Shown here piece by piece: positions 57,951 through 64,000 of a stretch of 64,000 bases of DNA. Where the stretch lies: NCBI GenBank assembly GCA_946965045.2, contig OX337233.1, positions 2,232,001 through 2,296,000 on the forward strand. Reading direction: 5' to 3'. A model generated the notes under the pieces. The model did not search any database, was not told where the DNA came from, and worked only from the letters and a program-made list of their open reading frames with translations. Position 1 is the first letter of the stretch, and every line of letters begins with the position of its first letter. Origin of the DNA: Epithemia pelagica. Taxonomy: Eukaryota; Protista; Bacillariophyta. Both the position numbers and the translations under genes were made by a program.

Positions 57951-59015
57951 ATGGTCAGAAAGAGAAACATGAAGAAGCTTGGTTGGATTGCTCTACCATG
58001 GGTGGTTTCCCTTGCTATATCTGGAACCAGAGGGTTTTCGCTGGTAGATGAAACGATTCCATTGTGGCCCCAAGTCTTTCAACACGCGACGACAAGATAC
58101 TCTACAAAGAGTCCCCGTTCATTGACATGGGTGCAGAGCAACAGTAAGAATGACATGGACACGGAACGCGAACTGGAGGAGCGACTGGATTTTATAGCTC
58201 ATCGCTTACGGTTACAAGTGTTTGACTTGGATGAAGGAATATATGGATTTCATTCACAAGATCCCGATTATGGTTTAGAGGTGGTCCAAACCGACATCCC
58301 TTTGCAAGAGGGTGAAGGATTGGGATTGGTCTTGACCGAATTAGCGGGTAGTGCAGATGGACGAGGCCTGGTATTGATCAGCGACGTCTCTGGGAATGCG
58401 GCAAGGGCATCCTCGCCCATCCACGTGGGAGATGTCATTACCGGTGTCCGAACGGCAACCGGTTCCTTCAAAGCACGAACCACTGGATTGAACTACGACG
58501 GAACGGTGGAGGCCATTGGTGAAGCCAAAGAAACACTTTTCGAAGAGACGACAACCAAGGGAAAAGGCGGAGTGCTGTCCTTTCAGATGAATCGCTTGGT
58601 CAAACGAGCGAACATTACCGTACACGTTCAAGATGAAAAGGGTGACACGGTCACGATTCCGGCACGAGCGGGAGAAAATTTGCGTCGTTTGTTGCTGCGC
58701 AAAGAGATTCAACTCTATGACAGACGAACCAAACGATTTGACATGCCCTTTGCCACGGGAGATTGTGCAGGAGAGGGTTTGTGCGGTACTTGTCTCGTGG
58801 CCGTCCAATCCTCCACCTGGGACGATTTCTTGAATCCCAAGGACGATCTGGAACAACTCATTACCAAAGGAAGACCCTTATCTTGGCGGGCTTCCTGTCG
58901 AACCACCGTAGGAGCCAACAATCAAGATGGGACACTGCGGATCCAACTCAAACCACAATCGCAATATTCCGATGAAATCAATCCTGGTGTCAAAGGTATC
59001 GCGGACAACGCATAG
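57951..59015 (+). CDS. PDZ-like domain plus [2Fe-2S] ferredoxin-domain protein, probably plastid-targeted
   Basis: GLGLVLTE...VLISDV.GNAA...IHVGDVITGV (PDZ-like); GENLRRLLL, CAGEGLCGTCLV, RASC (2Fe-2S). Signal peptide ending RGF. Confidence 0.8.
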   Translation: MVRKRNMKKLGWIALPWVVSLAISGTRGFSLVDETIPLWPQVFQHATTRYSTKSPRSLTWVQSNSKNDMDTERELEERLDFIAHRLRLQVFDLDEGIYGFHSQDPDYGLEVVQTDIPLQEGEGLGLVLTELAGSADGRGLVLISDVSGNAARASSPIHVGDVITGVRTATGSFKARTTGLNYDGTVEAIGEAKETLFEETTTKGKGGVLSFQMNRLVKRANITVHVQDEKGDTVTIPARAGENLRRLLLRKEIQLYDRRTKRFDMPFATGDCAGEGLCGTCLVAVQSSTWDDFLNPKDDLEQLITKGRPLSWRASCRTTVGANNQDGTLRIQLKPQSQYSDEINPGVKGIADNA

Positions 59016-59421
59016 CCAAAAACATGGCCTATTTGATGCAAATGACAGCATTGGATAATATAGAATCACATGAAAAATCAATACAACAGAAACCTACGTA
59101 CTACAATACAATTGTTCAGTAGACTAGGTCAACAGCTTTGATGTGAGAACCACGAAATTGGAATTGTCTCTTGTTTTCGAGGCTGTGTGATGGTTTGCTA
59201 GGCATGATTCGCAAGCATTTCTCTCCTTTCCATGGGAAACTTACTTCTCCATATTATTGGCATCTGTGTCGTCTTAACTTCGAGTGGCCTTCTTCAAACG
59301 TCCTCCTGACATTTCTGTGTCGTCTTTCATTGAAGACCTCATGTTCCAATTACTCCACTGACTTGTACAGGGAACACACTGTGCATGAATCAATCTACGG
59401 ATTACCCTCCATGTTGCCGCA

Positions 59422-62400
59422 TCATTTCGCATCTGATTCTTCTGGAGACGGAGGTTGTTCATTGTTTTCCTCCCCAACACCTTCGTCAGGTTCTTCAGCG
59501 AACTTCTTTCCGTACCTTTCATCCTCATTGATAACATTTTCGTTGGACACTGGAGATTGCGATGGGATATCATGTGTGATGGGAGTTGTTGGTTGTTCCT
59601 CCCATGTTGAGCCTCCGTTAGTGCCTTGACTCGACTCTGGACATGGCTCTTTTCCATCCTCGACGACAACACGCGCTTCGGCATCTTCTGGCACAACCGC
59701 CAGTTCATAAGACGGTGAAACCTCGCCAAATTCATCTTCAAACTGACTTGCGCGCACATTCATGCTGTGCGATTCAATGACTTCGGTAGTTGACGATTGA
59801 TCGGCTCCACTCGAATACTGCACACGACTTTGCTTGCCCTTGTCCGTGGTAATTCCTGAAACGCGGGTGCCTTCATGCTTGCCTCGTTTTGGTTGGGGCT
59901 CCAAAGACAGCCCTCGCTTGGCTCGACGATAGGCGAGCACTTTGGGCAAGAAAATGAGTGTCAAGGTACTCATGGGAAAAGACCACAACAAAAAGACAAA
60001 ACCCAAATACTTCCCATTGCTCGATTCATTTCGCAAGATAGCAATGACGGGAGCAGATACAACAATTACTTCCAGCTGTACCGAAATCAGAATAAAATCC
60101 CACCAACTCTCGGTGTAGGCCTCATCGACATCCTTTGTTCTGTACGCCATGTAACCTGTTAGAACGGTAGGAATCAGCATGATCCCCAAAAGAGGTCCTA
60201 TGTAAACACCAATGTTGCTTGACTGGCATCGACCGATACTTTCGTTTGTTTCTTCATCGAGTTCATAGCGTTCCCATTTAAGAGGGTCCAGTACTGTCCA
60301 TAGAACCAAGACCGCAACAGCGGCCAGGAAAAGCGTTACCATTGGGGCAACCACGTGTTTGATCTGGACTCGTCTCCTTGAAAAGGAGAGAACTTTGTTG
60401 ACCCTCCACAGTTTCGTAAATAAGGCTGAATACACAATAGTGTGGCCCATTGACAAAAGCCATGGTACCGACATGCAAGCCATACTTAGCTGCCTCTCAT
60501 TCCAGCCATAACTTTCTGCATCATACCGAATGAGTATATACGTGAGCAATCACTGCATTTGCTTGTCGATCAGAAGAGGGTTTGTTACACCTACCGTCAA
60601 AGCTAATAGCCGCAATCGTACTGGATTGGACAAGAGTTCCGAAGCAAACAATGTAGAGGAAAAAGGGTTGGGCGGCCGTCAAGACCTTGTGTTTGCGGCA
60701 CAGTACGACCCATATGCACGCGGAAATGGCACAAAAACCGGCAATTCCCATCAGCGTAAAGCCCAAAGTTCGAAGAGACGAATTGAGATAATTCTGTTCT
60801 GGCAAATCGCGCAACAACGCCGGAGGCGTGTCGGTCCCATCGGCATACACATAGGGCAGAAGTCTGCTCCATCTTGGACCCACAAGATCTGGTAAGAGCA
60901 TGTCGGGAATTTCAAACCACCCTAGCTCTTCCGAAACGAAGTTAATAGCGCCCCAACAGGAAGTCCCCAAATCACGTGCTCCGCCCAAGAAAAAGTTGCG
61001 GTCCCCAAAGCTGAGATTGCCGGATGCACCACGAAACTGGGAATGTCGAACGCCCCAGTTGTGCTGTTCTCCAGTCAAGGCACCATTGGTTGTTCCATTC
61101 AATGCGGCTTGTGCATGACAAGCTCCGATCCCTGCTGTCAAGACAGCATCATACAAATACGCTGTTTCAAAGGAGATTTACAAAGAACGCGTGAGCAATC
61201 CTTTTATGGCAAGAAATAAAGTTCAGCGCTGTTAACATACCACTCCCATATTCAGGATAAGTCAGGTTATAGAAATCGGATGGAGCAAACACGTATCCCT
61301 CCTCTCCTGGTTCCATTGGATTGAGAGAATTCAAATCATCTACAGTATCGGGTCCCTGCTCAAACCAGCTCAAGAAAAATGGGTTATCGTAAATAATATC
61401 CTCCGACAGAGGAATAATCCAGGCGGCTCCATACAAGAGTTTCTGCATAAGTTTATTTTCAACTTCGAACACATAGGACGGCTCCATGACATCGTAAAAG
61501 ACGTAAAAATAATCTCCCTGGTTCATGGCCAACTCCTCTGCGGCATCAGCAATGGGTTGCAAGTCGACCAAGGGATCATCAAGGGCAATGATAATGGTCC
61601 GGAAACCACTGTTCTTGATATTTCGCATGGCGGAGAGGTAGGTTCGCGAACTCGTTGTGTTGAATGTTGCTTCATTACGGACGTAGGGACTGCTCATCCA
61701 ACGAATCCCCATTTCGTCCAGACGAAAGCCAAGCGCTTCTCGTCGTTGGTAACCGACATCCGACAGTGGATACAAAAGGGAAATGAAGTTGGTTCGATTT
61801 TGAAAAAGCAAGTAACCAACCACCTGTTCAGCCGATGCAGCAACGTCCGGGAAAACCGATGTGGTGAAGGGACTATAAATATCGGAGACGACTCGTAAAC
61901 TGAAACTACGAGCCGTCACCAACGGAATTTGAGCCGCTTGTGCCATGACACTCAACTCTACGGCTGGAAAATCAGAGAAGGGACCCACCATGGCACAAGG
62001 TTCTTTGTCAGATGCATAAAACGATCGACTGCTGTCGTGCGAGAAACCTCCATCCGTGTTGAACACCAATGAATTTTCCACATCAAACGTAACGGTGCAG
62101 TTAGGATAAAGCCCTAGCTCTGGAAGAGCTGAGTAGTTGCGCTCATTGAAATGTCTCATGCCCAACACCCCACCTGCCAATTGACTGAAACCATCATTAG
62201 TCACGGATGGGTCCTCATCCTTCCCAGTAAAGGCCATATTCGACTTTCCCCTGAAAATTTACCACAAAATGAGCCAAACAAGAAACAACAGCATCATGAA
62301 TGAGGACACTCTTTGTCAGACGAGTCCAGCCGATCGAATCTACTGGGAGACAAGAATGGTTCACACTCACCCCATGGTGAAAGGGACAAACATGTGAAGC

Positions 62401-62483
62401 GAGCACAGTCCATCTTCCCCTATGTCCGAAAACACTTTGTGGAAGCACGAGAAGGCCACTAACATCTGAACAATCCGTCTCAT
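59422..62483 (-). CDS. Class C (GABA-B-like) G-protein-coupled receptor, multi-exon
   Basis: Periplasmic-binding-type N-terminus (CAMVGPFSD, FTTSVFPD, AYLYDAVLTAGIGAC) and 7TM region (AAQPFFLYIVCFG, ACMSVPWLLSMGHTIVYSALFTKLWRV, DPLKWER, IGRC). In-phase introns found near 61240-61165 and 60590-60530; 5'-most exons uncertain. Confidence 0.88.
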
Positions 62484-62821
62484 GTTTTGGCTTGCCATGT
62501 GAAAATATCAAGCCGAATAAGAGAAGAAGGCATAAAAAGTGATCAGAAGTCGCTTATTACGACACTTTCTTCATCATCGCAATAGGCGGAGACTGCATGA
62601 AGGCTGGAGATGGAGGCAGTTGGAAGCAGAAGATCTACTATTTTTTTCTCGCGTGTCATGTTGTGTCATGGTACGACTGGATTTGGTATCTTCTAATGAG
62701 TACTAGCTAGTACTCGCGGATAGCGGACGCTCGGCGTGTCGCGGATATCTGAGTGACCAAGGCTGAGCCAAGTATCGCCCCAACCCACTGTCCCACCTAC
62801 CACAGGTACTTCCCATGATGT

Positions 62822-64000
62822 TCACTCAGTTCTCACAAAAAAAACGAACGACGGCAAATCTGGCCAACAACGACCACAATGCAATGGACTGGGCACGGAA
62901 CCACGACATAGGTCATAACAGAGTGTTGTCGGGTGGAGGATTTCCGTCTCATGTGGAAAATGACAGTTCTGCCTCGTTGAGAGAAGTTCTTTCGCCCCAC
63001 ACATTCCTTTCTCATTGCGGCAAGGTTTACCGACACCGTCTTCAAACAGCCCTGTTGGACTTGTTACGACAGGGATTAACCAGAAATTCTCCAAGGAATC
63101 TAGGAGGCGTAGTGTCTTATGATTGGAGATGCTTGTCTCAGTGCTTGGCTGCAGTAGATTGGGTTTCGATATTGTCGCAGCATGACCAGCAAAAGAGTCT
63201 CCCACAAACCACGTCATCGAATGTTCCAGAAACCTCTTTGCCGAAACGACATAAAGAAAAGGGTGGTACATTTTCCATACGCAAAGAGACAATTTTAACC
63301 CTGTTTCTCGAGACGATACAAGATCCTGGGACATGGCCAATGGCCTGTTACCTTCCTCTATTGTCAACCTTGATCCAATCTCTACTGGACTACCGTGGAC
63401 ATGCTGACAATGGTAAGGAGGATCCAAAGAAGCGAATTTTTGATCATCACCATGCCCCGGCGTGTACAGTTGTTCGCCATTTTGCCATTCATTCATTACG
63501 TCGCATACCAGCGTTGAGGAGAAGTTGGGAGGAACTATTACCACCATACTGTTTGGAAACATCCTCAAGTGGCATGAGTATATTGCGAATACGGTCAAGA
63601 CTTCAGCTTATCAAGGAGTGGATACAAGAGTTTCCTTCATGTCACAGCTTGTTGATTCCACACCTTTGCTACCACCTGCTTCTTTTGGATCGAATTGAAG
63701 TGTCATCGTCCACAGAGATGGCTGCGACACCAACCGCGCTCAAAGTTCGAGTGGGAGAACAACGTGGCAACAAGACAATTCACTGTGTGTTGGGTCATTC
63801 CAAGATCGTAGACTTCTTACATGGTGACATGAATGATGCGGATCAATGCAGTGAAACGGCATTATCGTCAACCTCAATCGTGAGAGGAGGACAACACTAT
63901 GGTCATACCCATTCGTCCCGGTTTCCATCCACGAAACGGGCCTTACAGTATTCAATGCTTCAGAAAGAAGACAACGATTCTCTGTCCTTACATGTTTCAA
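62822..64000 (-). pseudogene. Possible disrupted or spliced ORF of unknown function, running off the window end
   Basis: 258-codon ORF 62822-63598 continues upstream past two adjacent stops. No recognisable motif. Confidence 0.2.

Noticed and set aside
62700-62760. GCGGATAGCGGA motif similar to the MITE subterminal repeats
   Set aside because: Only 1-2 copies and no TIR or TAA duplication.

Overview
Eukaryotic nuclear DNA, most likely a diatom: short GT-AG introns, bipartite plastid-targeting presequences with an (A/S)AF motif, and a GABA-B-like GPCR. Both flanks (1-33.7 kb and 51-64 kb) are gene-dense. They carry SNF7, a CPBP protease, ECM29, a plastid ABC-F, SGF11, an HNH protein, GrxB, plastid PGK, DUF1336/EDR2-like and VASt proteins, an LRR-kinase, GRWD1, a mitochondrial ferredoxin, a parvulin, aspartate kinase, AP-3 sigma, a BI-1 family protein, an SGNH hydrolase, a PDZ-ferredoxin and a class C GPCR, plus a Harbinger-type MITE. 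Between the divergent parvulin and aspartate kinase genes sits a 17.2 kb mobile-DNA island bounded by a 59-bp direct repeat (58/59 identical). The best reading is a 5'-truncated RT+RNase H non-LTR retrotransposon with an unusually long TSD, whose 3' region is split by about 13.8 kb of nested DNA. That nested DNA holds four things: (1) a six-exon DUF3504/Crypton-like tyrosine recombinase gene, open through its catalytic domain; (2) a 212-nt rod-like hairpin that pairs almost continuously only on the minus strand (GNRA tetraloop, G-U wobbles, repeated tandem G.A loops built from one repeated motif); (3) an internally duplicated Crinkler-type REase-kinase pseudogene; (4) a frameshifted DDE-like transposase. 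The hairpin and its link to the recombinase are the most unusual observations. All family names come from motif recognition by eye; no database search was run.
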